NCBI GenBank assembly: GCA_040755995.1
Contig: JBFMAF010000023.1
Location: forward strand, 96,001-160,000
Length of the DNA stretch: 64,000 nt
Origin: Acidobacteriota bacterium
GTDB lineage: Bacteria > Acidobacteriota > CAIWXX01
Direction: 5' to 3'
Part shown: piece by piece, positions 10,446 to 21,040 of the stretch
Position numbering within the stretch: the first letter of the stretch is position 1
Layout: every line of letters starts with the position of its first letter
Notes under the pieces: generated by a model
What the model was told of the DNA's origin: nothing
Seen by the model: only the letters and a program-made list of their open reading frames with translations
The model's database searches: none
Translations under genes and position numbers: made by a program

Positions 10446-11636
10446 TCACAGGACCGAGGCATCGTGTGCGAACCCCGGCCAACCCACACGCAGGTGAGAT
10501 CTGATCTCCTCGCGCCATCTCTCAAGCGAGTAGTGCCGTGCGCCCTCGCGTGCACTGGCACCAAGCCTCGCCATGCGTTCGTGGTCGCGAGCAAGATCAA
10601 GTAGGGTTGTGGCGATGGTCTCCGGCTCGCTGTCCTGCAGAATGACACCGTTCACTTGACCCATCAGGCTGCTGAGGACCGACACGCCAGTGACTACTAC
10701 CGGGAGCCCACAAGCCATCGCCTCATGGACCGCCTTCGGGAAACCCTCCGATTCACTTGGGAGGCAGAAAAGATGACCGTCGGTCAGTACCCTGAGGACG
10801 CTGGCGTGATCGAGTCGGCCGTGAAAGCGCACGTGATCCGCAATGCCTAGACGATCAGCAAGCCCCCGCAGAGCCGTGAGCTGCGAGCCGTCACCGACAA
10901 CATCAAGCTCGACGGGCAGACGGCCGCGCACGGCTGACACGGCCTGAATGAGCCGGTCCGTATTCTTGCCAGGTTCCTGCCTCGCGACAGTGACTACTCG
11001 CAGCGTCTGACCGGGCCGCCACAACGGGGCCTGCGGCAGGTGCCCCATCTCGCTCTCGGTCAGGGAGGTGGCGAAGATCCAACGGATCTCACGGTTGCGG
11101 GCTGAGGGCTCCGTCGGCCCCCCACCCGTGGCAAGCACCACGTTTCGCCCGCCTGCAATCCTCTCAAGCAGCTGGAACGCCAGCCTATGAGAGAACCGGG
11201 ACGGATGACCCCAGATGCCGCAGTAGCGCACGAACAGCGGCTTCCTCTGCGCCAGTGCGACCAGGATCCCGAGCATCCCGACGTCTCCGGGGATCAGTGC
11301 GTGGACGCCATCGGCGTACAAGCATGCGTTCCAAATCCCGGGGAGGTTGCGAACGGCCCATGGTGCAAGTGTCCAGCGCCGCCATTTCCCCCTGCCCAGT
11401 GGCATCGTCAACGGGATCACTCGCAGGCGTCTGCCGAAGAGAGGAGTCAGTCCTGACGGCGGCCCTCCCCGGGCGCTGGGCACTACTAGGTTTGTCGTCT
11501 CGAAGAGCTCAGAAATCGCCCCAATTTGGAAAGGGAATCCGCCGTCAGTCGCCCAACCGTTCTGATAGCTCGGATCGCGCCAACACGGCTTGTGCGAGAC
11601 TACCGTGAGGCTGACGACTCCTGCGGCCCTAGCCAT
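10446..11636 (-). CDS. Glycosyltransferase family 4
   Basis: SESEGFPKAVHEAMACG; ATG 11636 abuts the upstream stop at 11639. Confidence 0.88.
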   Translation of the reverse strand: MARAAGVVSLTVVSHKPCWRDPSYQNGWATDGGFPFQIGAISELFETTNLVVPSARGGPPSGLTPLFGRRLRVIPLTMPLGRGKWRRWTLAPWAVRNLPGIWNACLYADGVHALIPGDVGMLGILVALAQRKPLFVRYCGIWGHPSRFSHRLAFQLLERIAGGRNVVLATGGGPTEPSARNREIRWIFATSLTESEMGHLPQAPLWRPGQTLRVVTVARQEPGKNTDRLIQAVSAVRGRLPVELDVVGDGSQLTALRGLADRLGIADHVRFHGRLDHASVLRVLTDGHLFCLPSESEGFPKAVHEAMACGLPVVVTGVSVLSSLMGQVNGVILQDSEPETIATTLLDLARDHERMARLGASAREGARHYSLERWREEIRSHLRVGWPGFAHDASVL

Positions 11637-11638
11637 CT

Positions 11639-12916
11639 TCAATCGCAGCCAGAAACACCAGCCGTCCTGGCATCGGCCCCGGCGCGCCTCCCACCCCGCC
11701 CGGCCCTGTCGACCAGGAATCGAGCAAGCGCGCCGTACGTGGCCTCGAAGCTCCAACATCGCTCCACATGCGCTCTCGCATTGCGGCTCATCGAAACCGC
11801 CAGCTGTGCATCCGCGAGCAGCTTGATCGCCTGGTCCGCGAGCTCGCCGTCCGTGCGCCCGACCATAATGCATCTCCCATCTTGCAGTCCCATTCCGTGG
11901 ACCGCGTCCGGCGACGCCACGACGGGGAGTCCCAGTGCCATCGCCTCGACTATACGTGTCCGGAAGCCATAGGTGCCATTCCAAGGGCATAGGAGAACAC
12001 GCGCCTCGGTTAGCACTGGTGCTAGCTCTGACACGAACCCTGTCACGCGGATGCGGCGATCGGTCTCCAATTCGCGCACTTCCCTGGGAGGGTCGGCGCC
12101 AACGATCCAGAGTTCGGCGGCCGGCATCCTGTCCCAAACGCGTGGCATGATGTAGCGCGCACAGCGCAGTGCGCAGGCGCGGTTAATAGCACTTGCGAAC
12201 CCTCCGAAAAACGCCAGTCGTGGGGTGGGCATCGGCTCCCAGGCATGGACTACCCTCTTGGTATCAATACCCATGGGCGTCACGAACACCTCCGGATGAA
12301 CGACCCTGCCGCGGACGTATTCACCCTCTCCCTCGCTGATGGGGATGAGCCCATCGAATAGCTCCCAGGCTTTCTCCTCGCGGGCCCGATACCGCTGGAC
12401 TCGCCACACCCGCACGCGCTCAGGCACCCCACGCCTGCGTAGCTGCGAGTCGTATGACTGCCAGAGCAGATCATGCATATCAAGGGCGCAGTAGCAACCG
12501 TCGTGCCGAATGGCAGCAACCGCTCTGCTTGCATGCCAGTATTCGAAGAGTGCCACATCGAAGCGCTTGTCGCCGCAAGCGCATCGAACCCGTGCCGGTG
12601 TGAGTTCCAGCCGTCCGATCGTGAAGTTCGAGCGTTTGAGGCCGGTCAGACCGGCGTACGCCTGCGCGATCCCCTTCAGCGCCAGGCGCAAGGGCCACGG
12701 CCGGTCGAGCCGCGAGGGGAGGACCACAGGGGTGTGGACGAAGGCCTCCAGCGCTTGACGTACGCTGCTCGCCTCTCCTCTCCTGGAGAAAGTGACGAAT
12801 GTCACCTCGAAATAGTCTCGAACGGCGCGTAGCATGTCTCTCACGCGCACCTGCTGGCCGGCGGTGCCCGGGATCGGCTTGACCGATGAGACCATGACCA
12901 GTGTTCGCTTGTTCAC
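11639..12916 (-). CDS. Glycosyltransferase family 4
   Basis: GFRTRIVEAMALGLPVVAS, TGFV motif. Confidence 0.85.
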   Translation of the reverse strand: MNKRTLVMVSSVKPIPGTAGQQVRVRDMLRAVRDYFEVTFVTFSRRGEASSVRQALEAFVHTPVVLPSRLDRPWPLRLALKGIAQAYAGLTGLKRSNFTIGRLELTPARVRCACGDKRFDVALFEYWHASRAVAAIRHDGCYCALDMHDLLWQSYDSQLRRRGVPERVRVWRVQRYRAREEKAWELFDGLIPISEGEGEYVRGRVVHPEVFVTPMGIDTKRVVHAWEPMPTPRLAFFGGFASAINRACALRCARYIMPRVWDRMPAAELWIVGADPPREVRELETDRRIRVTGFVSELAPVLTEARVLLCPWNGTYGFRTRIVEAMALGLPVVASPDAVHGMGLQDGRCIMVGRTDGELADQAIKLLADAQLAVSMSRNARAHVERCWSFEATYGALARFLVDRAGRGGRRAGADARTAGVSGCD

Positions 12917-12935
12917 AAAGCTCTCGCCATACCGA

Positions 12936-14384
12936 TCAAGTCGGCGGCGTAACGCCCGTGTCCTCGATGCCGTTGGGACGCTCTGATCGTCGCTTGCCCG
13001 CGCATTCGATCAGACAGCGGGCGACTCTCTCCCCCGCCTTTCCGTCGAGGTAAGGACCGAAGAACGCCCGTACGAACTCGCGGCGTTCCCATGCAAACCG
13101 TTCTGGGCTCCTCAGGGCATGGCGTATGAGACTGATGCATTCATCCTCGTCGCGAGCGAGCTGAACTGCGCCGCTTGCAACGACCGGGCGGTAGTGGTCG
13201 AAATCGTAGTATTCCGCGTAGTCCACCGGAGAGATATCTACTCGCGGCGGGTTGTAGGCGATGTTGATGACTGGGCGACCAAGCATGGCGAGCTCGAGCG
13301 AAACCGTCGAAGCGACGTTGATGCCCACCGCGGCATGGCGGAGGGTGTTCGTCAGGAGAGGCAGGTCGTCCACATGGGGGGTCAGCCACTGTCGTTCCCA
13401 GGGTACGTCAGGAAAGAGCACATCGTCCAGTTCCCGTTTGAGCGGCTCGAAGCGCCCAGTCGGGTCCTTCGGGTAGACGCGCACGAGCAATTGGGGCGGG
13501 CCGAGGTCTGGCATTCCTCGCAGCGCTCGGGCAATCCCTGCGACGATTCGGGGCTCCTCGGGCATGTAGTGCACCATGCCGGTCGTGTAGACGATGATCG
13601 GCCGCCTGGGATCTGCCCCCACCCGAGCACAGAACTCCTCCCGCGGCCAGAAGTACCGGGAGTCGAAGTGATAGTCGAACTGGGGCGTGCCCGTGACCGT
13701 CGTCTGCGCCCGGCTGATGCCGGGGTAGAGGCCGAGGAGCTGCTCTCGCATCGAGTCGTTCCAGACGATGAAGTGGTCGTACGGGATCAGGATACGGCCA
13801 CGACTGGTGAGGTTGTCCCAGGAGAAGATGAAAGCAGCGGTCGGGATACCAAGGTCGCAGCCAGCGAGCATCGGCAGGAGAGCCGCAGGGCCGTGGATAT
13901 GGGAGCCGTTGAAGACAAGATCTGGCCGGAGTTCACGCCACAGGTCCCGATACTTCTCTATGCGCGGCTCAGCCAGGCTCAGCCGCCGCTCCAATGCTCC
14001 GAGGAATGCTAGGCCGGCCGGCCGCGCCGAGGCCCTCGCGAGAGTCCTCTTTATCAGCCACTTTGTCCGGTCGACCGCCCGGTGCTGGCGCACGTCCCGC
14101 TTGCGCCAGTGTGTCTTCGCGGCGCTGCTCCACATCGCTCGCTCATGAGCGTACTCCAGAAGCTGACGGACGATCCTCACGCTGCGCCTTTCCTCCTCCG
14201 GGCTGAGCGGCAGGATGCGCTCGCAATGCTCCCGGAAGGTATCCGTGAAGCGGGCGTCGTGGATGACCGATAGCACCGTGACCCTCGCGTCTCGCGCAAG
14301 GAGTGGCAAGGTCCGCGAGTACAGGAAGTTGCGAACGACCTCGCCGCGCGGCACCACTATGACGACATGGGGTCGGTCAGCCAT
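12936..14384 (-). CDS. GT-B fold protein (CDP-glycerol glycerophosphotransferase-like); candidate nonulosonate transferase
   Basis: FSWDNLTSRG, TGTPQFD, RVYPKD, VASTVSLE motifs; adjacent to asnB-neuA-neuC-neuB. Confidence 0.6.
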   Translation of the reverse strand: MADRPHVVIVVPRGEVVRNFLYSRTLPLLARDARVTVLSVIHDARFTDTFREHCERILPLSPEEERRSVRIVRQLLEYAHERAMWSSAAKTHWRKRDVRQHRAVDRTKWLIKRTLARASARPAGLAFLGALERRLSLAEPRIEKYRDLWRELRPDLVFNGSHIHGPAALLPMLAGCDLGIPTAAFIFSWDNLTSRGRILIPYDHFIVWNDSMREQLLGLYPGISRAQTTVTGTPQFDYHFDSRYFWPREEFCARVGADPRRPIIVYTTGMVHYMPEEPRIVAGIARALRGMPDLGPPQLLVRVYPKDPTGRFEPLKRELDDVLFPDVPWERQWLTPHVDDLPLLTNTLRHAAVGINVASTVSLELAMLGRPVINIAYNPPRVDISPVDYAEYYDFDHYRPVVASGAVQLARDEDECISLIRHALRSPERFAWERREFVRAFFGPYLDGKAGERVARCLIECAGKRRSERPNGIEDTGVTPPT

Positions 14385-16125
14385 CGAGCCCCCTCGACCC
14401 CGATGAGAGCAGACCCAGATTGATCCATTGCCACACGGTGAAGCTGCTGTCCGCCCCGTGCCTGAGGAAGTCGGTCCATGTCGAGCGGACCGAGGAGGCA
14501 TCCAGCCACGAGGCGCCCCAGCCTTGGATGGCGCCCTCGATCTGGTCACATGCCCAGGCCCGGAGAGGACCGCGCAGCCACTCCCGCTGAGGAGTCTGCA
14601 GAGCGCGCTTGGGCGCCTCGCGTACGGGTCCGGGCAGCAGCGCGCGGGCCAGGGTGCGCGGCAGCCACTTGCCGACACCATCCCTCACCTTTCTCGACCG
14701 GCGCTGCCGCAGGCCCAGTTCGACCAGCCGATGGTCCAGGAAGGGCTCGCGAAGCTCGCGCGAGAACTGCATCGAGACACGGTCGGCGAAGCGCATCGCG
14801 CGCGGGATCTTCGCCACGCACAGGTCGTGCAACTGGATACTCCGTAGACGGTCCCCCGAAGACCATTCGCCCGGCACCTGGGAGGCGAGCTCTGCGAACT
14901 CAGGCGCGAGCCACCGCGGCGTACTGCGGCTGACGGCTCCCTGCACAGGCCCGGTTCCGATATCCACGCCTTCAGGGCGCGTGTAGTAGTCGTACCCGCA
15001 CCAAGCCTCGTCCATGCCGTTGCCGTCCAGGAGCACCGTGACGCCCTCATCGCGAGCGCGCGCGTGCACACGGGCCATGCCCAGGGTCGGGATTCCCCCA
15101 AAGGGCTCATCCTGGAAAGCCTGGACCTCAGCCATGAGAGCGGGCACCTCCGACGGCGACAGGGGGCAGAAGCAGCCCACATGCCGGGTGTGCCGCAGCA
15201 TTGCCCTGACCCACGGCGTCTCGTCGTAGGCGGGGTCCCCGGTGGTGAAGGTGAAGGTCTTCAGGCTGCACTCTTCGCCCTGGGATTTCCGCACGAGGGC
15301 CAATACCAGCGACGAATCAAGGCCGCCTGAGAGGCAGAGACCGACCGGTACGTCGGAGCGGAAACGCAGCCTGACGCTCTCCTCAAGGAGCCCCAGGAGC
15401 TCCTCCTCGACCAGGCTCTCGCAGCGATCGTCCTCACCCACCCTTTCGAACGCCGCGCGCAAGTCGTACCACCGCTCCACCCTGGTTCCGTCACGAACCG
15501 AGTAGCGGAGCAGGCTGCCCGGCTGCAGCCTGTACACGCCGCGCCAGAAGGTCCTCTCGTCGTGGTCGTAAAGGCCTCGGGCGAGATAGGCGGCCCATGT
15601 CCTCTGCTCAGGTTCGCGTGGCACCCCTGCGGCGTGTAGTGCCTTGATCTCGCTGGCGAAGAGCAGCCCGCCACTAGGGGTGACATGATAGAAGAAGGGT
15701 TTGACACCGAAGCGGTCGCGGGCAGCGAATAGCTCTTGCCTCTTCTCGTCCCAGACGCAGAACGCGAACATCCCGATGAGTCGCTCCAGGCAGGCGGCCC
15801 CCCAGCGCACGAAGGCTGCCAGCACTACCTCGGTATCGGTTTGGCTTCGGAAAGGCCAGTCACTGAGGGCATTCTTGAGCTCCAGGTAGTTGTAGACCTC
15901 GCCGTTGTATACAATCCAGAAGCGCCCCGTTGGATCCGCCATCGGCTGCTGTCCGGCAGGTGACAAGTCGATCACCTTCAGCCGGGTGTGACCCAGCGCG
16001 GCAGGCCCTCCCGGCGAGTGGTATTCCCCCTCCCCGTCGGGGCCGCGGTGGCGCAAGCGATCTAGCATCGCACGCATCGCGCCGCTCGGCATATTCGGCC
16101 CCAGCAGGCCGGCGATACCGCACAT
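14377..16125 (-). CDS. asnB: Asparagine synthase (glutamine-hydrolysing)-like amidotransferase
   Basis: MCGIAG start, HRGPD, ARDRFGVKP, LSGGLDSS, REPFLDH. Confidence 0.93.
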   Translation of the reverse strand: MCGIAGLLGPNMPSGAMRAMLDRLRHRGPDGEGEYHSPGGPAALGHTRLKVIDLSPAGQQPMADPTGRFWIVYNGEVYNYLELKNALSDWPFRSQTDTEVVLAAFVRWGAACLERLIGMFAFCVWDEKRQELFAARDRFGVKPFFYHVTPSGGLLFASEIKALHAAGVPREPEQRTWAAYLARGLYDHDERTFWRGVYRLQPGSLLRYSVRDGTRVERWYDLRAAFERVGEDDRCESLVEEELLGLLEESVRLRFRSDVPVGLCLSGGLDSSLVLALVRKSQGEECSLKTFTFTTGDPAYDETPWVRAMLRHTRHVGCFCPLSPSEVPALMAEVQAFQDEPFGGIPTLGMARVHARARDEGVTVLLDGNGMDEAWCGYDYYTRPEGVDIGTGPVQGAVSRSTPRWLAPEFAELASQVPGEWSSGDRLRSIQLHDLCVAKIPRAMRFADRVSMQFSRELREPFLDHRLVELGLRQRRSRKVRDGVGKWLPRTLARALLPGPVREAPKRALQTPQREWLRGPLRAWACDQIEGAIQGWGASWLDASSVRSTWTDFLRHGADSSFTVWQWINLGLLSSGSRGLDG

Positions 16126-16126
16126 C

Positions 16127-16873
16127 TCAGTCCCCCTCTCGCTGCGACGCACTCACGCATGCAGCTTTTTGAGGCACCGCGCACTTCGTCAGCAACGCCT
16201 CCGCAAGCAGAAGGTCGCGCCAGGTATCGATGTTTACCGCACGTTCTTCAGGCGTGATCCAGGCCCTGGTGTCGGCACCGAGGAGCAGCCCGTGGAGCAT
16301 CAGGAGATCCCGGCGCACCAGGTAAATCGAGCCGTCCGGGAGCAAGAACTCCGGGAGCTCCTGACGGGGGACATGGCTCATGCCTCGAGCATAGGGGGGG
16401 TCCTCAACGCGTCCGTCCGCCCTGATCACTTTGAGTTTGTAAGGGTGCCAGCCACCCAATCTGGCAAGAGAGATCACCGAGTCGGCCCCTGTCTCCTCCA
16501 GCAGCTCAACCGACCCGTCGATGTCGGATGCGAGCCGCAGGGGAGATGTCGGCTGCAGAACCATCACCGCGTCGAAGTGGTCTCCGCAGTCCTCCAGGAT
16601 TCCGACCGCATGTTGAACGACGGGCACATGACCGACGCGGTCACCCGCGAGTTCTGGCGGCCGGAGGAAGGGCACCTCCAGCCCCACAGCACGGCCAACC
16701 GTGGCGATCTCCTCGTCGTCGGTGCTGAGCACGACGCGCTGGAGGCGGCGCGCTGCGAGGGCAGGGCAGGCGGTGTAGGCCAGAAGAGGCCGCCCGCAAA
16801 GGGGAACGATGTTTTTCCGCGGGATCCCCTTCGACCCTCCCCGCGCGGTGACGAGACCCAGGACTCGCATCAC
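16127..16873 (-). CDS. neuA: Acylneuraminate cytidylyltransferase
   Basis: ARGGSKGIPRKN, LQPTSPLR, NIDT. Confidence 0.93.
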   Translation of the reverse strand: MMRVLGLVTARGGSKGIPRKNIVPLCGRPLLAYTACPALAARRLQRVVLSTDDEEIATVGRAVGLEVPFLRPPELAGDRVGHVPVVQHAVGILEDCGDHFDAVMVLQPTSPLRLASDIDGSVELLEETGADSVISLARLGGWHPYKLKVIRADGRVEDPPYARGMSHVPRQELPEFLLPDGSIYLVRRDLLMLHGLLLGADTRAWITPEERAVNIDTWRDLLLAEALLTKCAVPQKAACVSASQREGD

Positions 16874-16916
16874 TGTTCTGTCGCTACGAAGGGTTCTCGG
16901 GGCTCGAACACCTTAT

Positions 16917-18089
16917 TCAGCCGTTTCTGAAGACGTAATTCAGCCTCTTCTGGAGATAGGGAACGAGGCCCGCAACCCCGTCCGCGATCCGCTCAGCCGT
17001 GTTCCCGTCCCCGTACAGCGTGCTTGGTCGGTATCGCCCGTGAGCCAGCTGCTGATCGACCGCCCGCACGATTGCTTCACATTCTATCGAGACACGTAGC
17101 ACATGTTCAGCCGTCTCGCGGCCATCCTGCCGATTGCCAACAAGCACAACCGGGGTGCCGAGGAAGCTCGCATCCCGAACGAAGCTACTGGAGTTCCCGA
17201 CCGCGCATGCCGCACTGGCGAGAACTCTCAGGTAGTCCTCGGGACTCAGGTTGATCAATGTCCTCAGCCACCCGATTCCGGGCCGCTCGCGAAAGACACG
17301 GATCGCCTTGCTAATGTGGTCGGAGCCAGCGTCTATGTTCGGCCACAACAGGACGGTCTGCTTCGCGAGGCGCCCGAGAGCATCAAGGAGAGTGTCCATC
17401 TGGGCTCGCTCACTGCCGAACTCGGTCGTTGTCGGATGGAACGCCACCAAGAGGTACGGGCGACCGACATCTATCGCTGCGCCTCGCCCGCGCTCATTGA
17501 TGACAGTCGGGTCGAGCACGAGGTCGGCATTCTTCACGATGTCGCCGCTGGGGCATCCGACCGCCAGGATCGTCTCCGGTCGTTCGCCCATGCGAACCAA
17601 GTACTCAGCAGCACGGTGGGTCGAAGGTACGTGGTAATGGGCGAATTTGGTGATAGCATGCCGGGCGCTCTCATCTATCGACCCGCTCACTTCACCACCT
17701 TGAAGGTGCACGATGCACAGGTTCATATAAGCGGCGGCCACGGCGGCAGCGAGCGCCTCGTACCGGTCACCGATGAGCAGCATCAGGTCCGGCTTGAGGC
17801 GCTGAAACTCGCTTGCGAACTCGATGGTGGCGAACCCCACCGACTTGGCCATTGTCGCCGGGATCGAACCCTCGAGTTCGATGTAGACCTCGCCGCTCAC
17901 TGGGAATCCGTCTTGGCGGACAATCGAAACCGGGTAGTCGAAACGATCGAGCACCATCGTCCCCGTGGCGATAACCTGCAGCTCCAGTTCAGGACGCCGC
18001 TGGATCGCTCGCATGACGGGCTTGAATCGGCCGTAGTTCGCGCGGTCGACAAGAACCACGCACACCTTTCGCTTCGCGCTCTCAGACAA
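16917..18089 (-). CDS. neuC: UDP-N-acetylglucosamine 2-epimerase (hydrolysing)
   Basis: GDRYEA, HLQGGEVSGSIDE, WPNIDAG, GNSSS, LYGDG. Confidence 0.93.
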   Translation of the reverse strand: MSESAKRKVCVVLVDRANYGRFKPVMRAIQRRPELELQVIATGTMVLDRFDYPVSIVRQDGFPVSGEVYIELEGSIPATMAKSVGFATIEFASEFQRLKPDLMLLIGDRYEALAAAVAAAYMNLCIVHLQGGEVSGSIDESARHAITKFAHYHVPSTHRAAEYLVRMGERPETILAVGCPSGDIVKNADLVLDPTVINERGRGAAIDVGRPYLLVAFHPTTTEFGSERAQMDTLLDALGRLAKQTVLLWPNIDAGSDHISKAIRVFRERPGIGWLRTLINLSPEDYLRVLASAACAVGNSSSFVRDASFLGTPVVLVGNRQDGRETAEHVLRVSIECEAIVRAVDQQLAHGRYRPSTLYGDGNTAERIADGVAGLVPYLQKRLNYVFRNG

Positions 18090-19098
18090 GATCGCCCTCC
18101 AGAATCATTTGGTCCTTGCCCACGCCTCGTCGCAGCATCCGCCCGACCGCACTGGCGAGTTCTGACGGCGGCAAGCCGCCGCCCGGTTTCTTGAGGACAA
18201 GGTCCTCCTCCTGGAGAACGGTGCCGGCTGGCAGATCGCGGCGAGCCACGACGCTCTTGCCAAAAGCGACGCGCAACGCCACGGTCTTCTCCGCCAGCAA
18301 GTTCTTGTCCACTGGGCAGGAGAGTGCCCTTTCGATGAAGCGGATGCCTCTGACCAGCTCCCGGAGTTCCTCGATCGTCACTGAAGCGCAAACGTCTGGG
18401 CCAAAGGCGTGCCGAGAAAGCGTAACATGAACTTCGACGACTCTGGCGCCGAGAGCGACTGCAGCGAGAGAGGGGAAGATCGTTCCCGAATGATCCGAAA
18501 GACCAACCGGACACGCGTATCGTCGGCGGAGTTCAGTCAGCACGTTGAGTCCCACCAGCTCCGGTGTGGTCGGGTAGGCTGAGGTGCATTGCAGGACAGC
18601 GAGGCGGGCGCCGTGACTGCGCAGCACGTCGACAGCAGCGTCGAGGTCGGCCCAAGAACTCATGCCACTTGAGAGGAGAACGGGTCTGCCGGTTTGCGCC
18701 AAACGCTCGATCATCGACAGGTTAGACACCTCTCCTGAGGCGACTTTCCAAGCCGCCACCCCCACTCTCATGAGCAGTTCCACCGCCTCGGCAGAGAACG
18801 GCGAACTGAGGAACTGCAGTCCACTTTCGACGGCGTGCTGCTTGAGGCCATGCCACTGCTCTTCGGTGAACTCCATGCGCTTCCAGTAGTCGTAGCGTGT
18901 GAGATCCTGCTGACTGAATTTGACCCGCCAAGGTTCGCCGGGGGTGCTTTCCGCCGATGCAATGTGTGTCTGGAATTTGGCTGCATCGGCTCCCGCTTTC
19001 GCAATGGCGTCGATGAGGGCATGCGCGGTCCCCAGGCTTCCGTCGTGCGCTTGGGCGACCTCGGCGACGACAAGGCACGCGCTGGATTCGAGGATCAT
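18082..19098 (-). CDS. neuB: N-acetylneuraminate synthase family protein with C-terminal AFP-like domain
   Basis: AEVAQAHDGS, KFQTH, QCTSAYP, GLSDHSG, KKPGGG. Confidence 0.93.
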   Translation of the reverse strand: MILESSACLVVAEVAQAHDGSLGTAHALIDAIAKAGADAAKFQTHIASAESTPGEPWRVKFSQQDLTRYDYWKRMEFTEEQWHGLKQHAVESGLQFLSSPFSAEAVELLMRVGVAAWKVASGEVSNLSMIERLAQTGRPVLLSSGMSSWADLDAAVDVLRSHGARLAVLQCTSAYPTTPELVGLNVLTELRRRYACPVGLSDHSGTIFPSLAAVALGARVVEVHVTLSRHAFGPDVCASVTIEELRELVRGIRFIERALSCPVDKNLLAEKTVALRVAFGKSVVARRDLPAGTVLQEEDLVLKKPGGGLPPSELASAVGRMLRRGVGKDQMILEGDLV

Positions 19099-20087
19099 GC
19101 GCCGTACTCCGCGAGGTAGTCTTGGATGACACCTGCGAGCTCCCCCGCCTCCGGGCGATGCGTGGCGTTCTTGTACGCCTCGACCCACCTCCAGCTCAAC
19201 AGCTCCTCCCGTGGCAGCGGGTACGCACGCTTCGTGTAGTGAAGGACGCGGGCCGGCCCTTCCGCGGGTGGAGTCTTAAGGTACTGGTTGTATCGGTAGT
19301 CGAGGACTGACATCGCCACCCGATGCTTCAGCAGCGCCATTGCCAGCCCGAGCATCTCGCTGTAGATCCTCTGGTAATGCATCCCGAGCGTGAAAGGAGT
19401 TCTCGGAATGAGCCTGACCAACCTGCGATTTAGCTCGAAGACCACCCGTCCCCCGAGGCCGAACCGACCGTACAGCGACAGCTCGTGGCAGTTCCTCACG
19501 ACGTCCTCTCGAATCCTCTCGACAGTGCTCCTGGTCATCACGTACACACCACCGCAGAAGTACGGAAAGGGAGCTCGCCTGAACCCGCCCTCCAGCTGGG
19601 GGTAGTTGGGGCGGAAATGATGCAGGATGTCGCCGTACAGCGCCCTCACCTCCCACGGAGTCATGCGAGCGTATTTCCTCAGCATTGCGGCCGAGTTCCA
19701 AACGAGATAGTTGGTGGCTGGCGTCCCGGCAAAGCCCAGTTGCCCCGCGTCGAGGCCCTCGAAAAGCCCCTCTATCGTTCGGAGCACAACGATGTCGCAA
19801 TCGAAATTGACAAGGAAATCGTAGTCCTCCGAGACTGCGTAGAGGTAGTTGAATCGGTTGGCCGTGGGGCAATGGAACGATATGCGAGGCATTACCCGAA
19901 CGCATGCGCCGAATCTTCCACCGAGCTCTTGCTCTACCGCCGCGCCGGGGCCGGAGCCGTTGAAGATGACTGTGAACGGCGCACTTCCCACGAACCCCGA
20001 TCTCCTCCTGAAGCTATGTAGAAGCAGCCTAATCTGGTTGACGTACGCCGGGGAAGCTTCGCCCACGGTGGTCACGTGGATCCGCAT
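19095..20087 (-). CDS. Putative GT-A (GT8-like) glycosyltransferase
   Basis: FDCDIVVL DxD motif, YFCGGVY, LDYRYN, VLHY. Confidence 0.55.
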   Translation of the reverse strand: MRIHVTTVGEASPAYVNQIRLLLHSFRRRSGFVGSAPFTVIFNGSGPGAAVEQELGGRFGACVRVMPRISFHCPTANRFNYLYAVSEDYDFLVNFDCDIVVLRTIEGLFEGLDAGQLGFAGTPATNYLVWNSAAMLRKYARMTPWEVRALYGDILHHFRPNYPQLEGGFRRAPFPYFCGGVYVMTRSTVERIREDVVRNCHELSLYGRFGLGGRVVFELNRRLVRLIPRTPFTLGMHYQRIYSEMLGLAMALLKHRVAMSVLDYRYNQYLKTPPAEGPARVLHYTKRAYPLPREELLSWRWVEAYKNATHRPEAGELAGVIQDYLAEYGA

Positions 20088-20133
20088 CTTGAGGAGTCCC
20101 CTGTCACCTTAGGAAGTCGCTTCCCCGTGGCGT

Positions 20134-20808
20134 TCACGGGATTCGCCGGAAGACGATCCAGTCGTGCACATGAGACGGTGCCCGCGAAACCATGAACTGG
20201 GTATACTCGGGCACAACAGTCGCCGTGAGGCCGCACTGCGCCGCAACGGCTTCCACTGTCGCACGGCGGAAGTAGGTGACGCAGGGGTACTGCCACGACG
20301 TGCAGTTCGAATCCCCACCGTCTGGGCTACCGCGGCTTCCGAAGGGATTCCCTTCGCTCAGCCTGATCGAGGCGAGAATCCGGCCCTCCGGGCTGAGGGC
20401 TTTCTCGGCGTTCACGAGAAACTGCGGCAGTTGGTGACCTGCACAGTGTGACAGTACCGAGTGCGAATAGATCAGGTCGAAAAGAACGCCGATCGTCGTG
20501 GCGTCAAAATCATGGCAGCTGAGAAAGACCGGTCGCTTGTTCTTGACCAGTCGCCGGATCTTGGGGATCTCCAGCGCCGCTTTGATGAGCCACTCGCCGG
20601 GCTCGATCCCCACGTAGTTCCCGGCGTCGAGGTAGTGCATAATCCACCGCCCGGCATTGAGGCAGCCGCACCCAACCTCGAGGACACGCGACCTGGGGGT
20701 GCAGCCTTCGCGTTTGAGGAGCTCGAGATGAAGCCTCCCTTGGCCCGGCCTAGAGCTCACGTACCTCCTGGCCGCCTCGAATTCCCGGCTGAGGATGCCG
20801 AGGCGCAT
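20134..20808 (-). CDS. Class I SAM-dependent methyltransferase
   Basis: VLEVGCGCL, GIEP, SHSVLSH. Confidence 0.85.
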   Translation of the reverse strand: MRLGILSREFEAARRYVSSRPGQGRLHLELLKREGCTPRSRVLEVGCGCLNAGRWIMHYLDAGNYVGIEPGEWLIKAALEIPKIRRLVKNKRPVFLSCHDFDATTIGVLFDLIYSHSVLSHCAGHQLPQFLVNAEKALSPEGRILASIRLSEGNPFGSRGSPDGGDSNCTSWQYPCVTYFRRATVEAVAAQCGLTATVVPEYTQFMVSRAPSHVHDWIVFRRIP

Positions 20809-21040
20809 CGCTGCCTCGGTGAGAGCGGCGCGCGCCGCCAGGGCGAAAGGCCGAAGGCCAGCCTTCTCGATGCCCCCCGACAGAGTGCGATGGAGCTTTC
20901 TGATCGTCAGGTTCAGTCGCTCACCTCTCGGCCTGCGAGTGATGGCGGGTGGGCCACATCATCGCGCGCACGGCGATGTTGCTTCAATGTCAAGGGCGCT
21001 CTCCACTCGAGGACACGGTTCCGCCCACACGCAAGCACGC

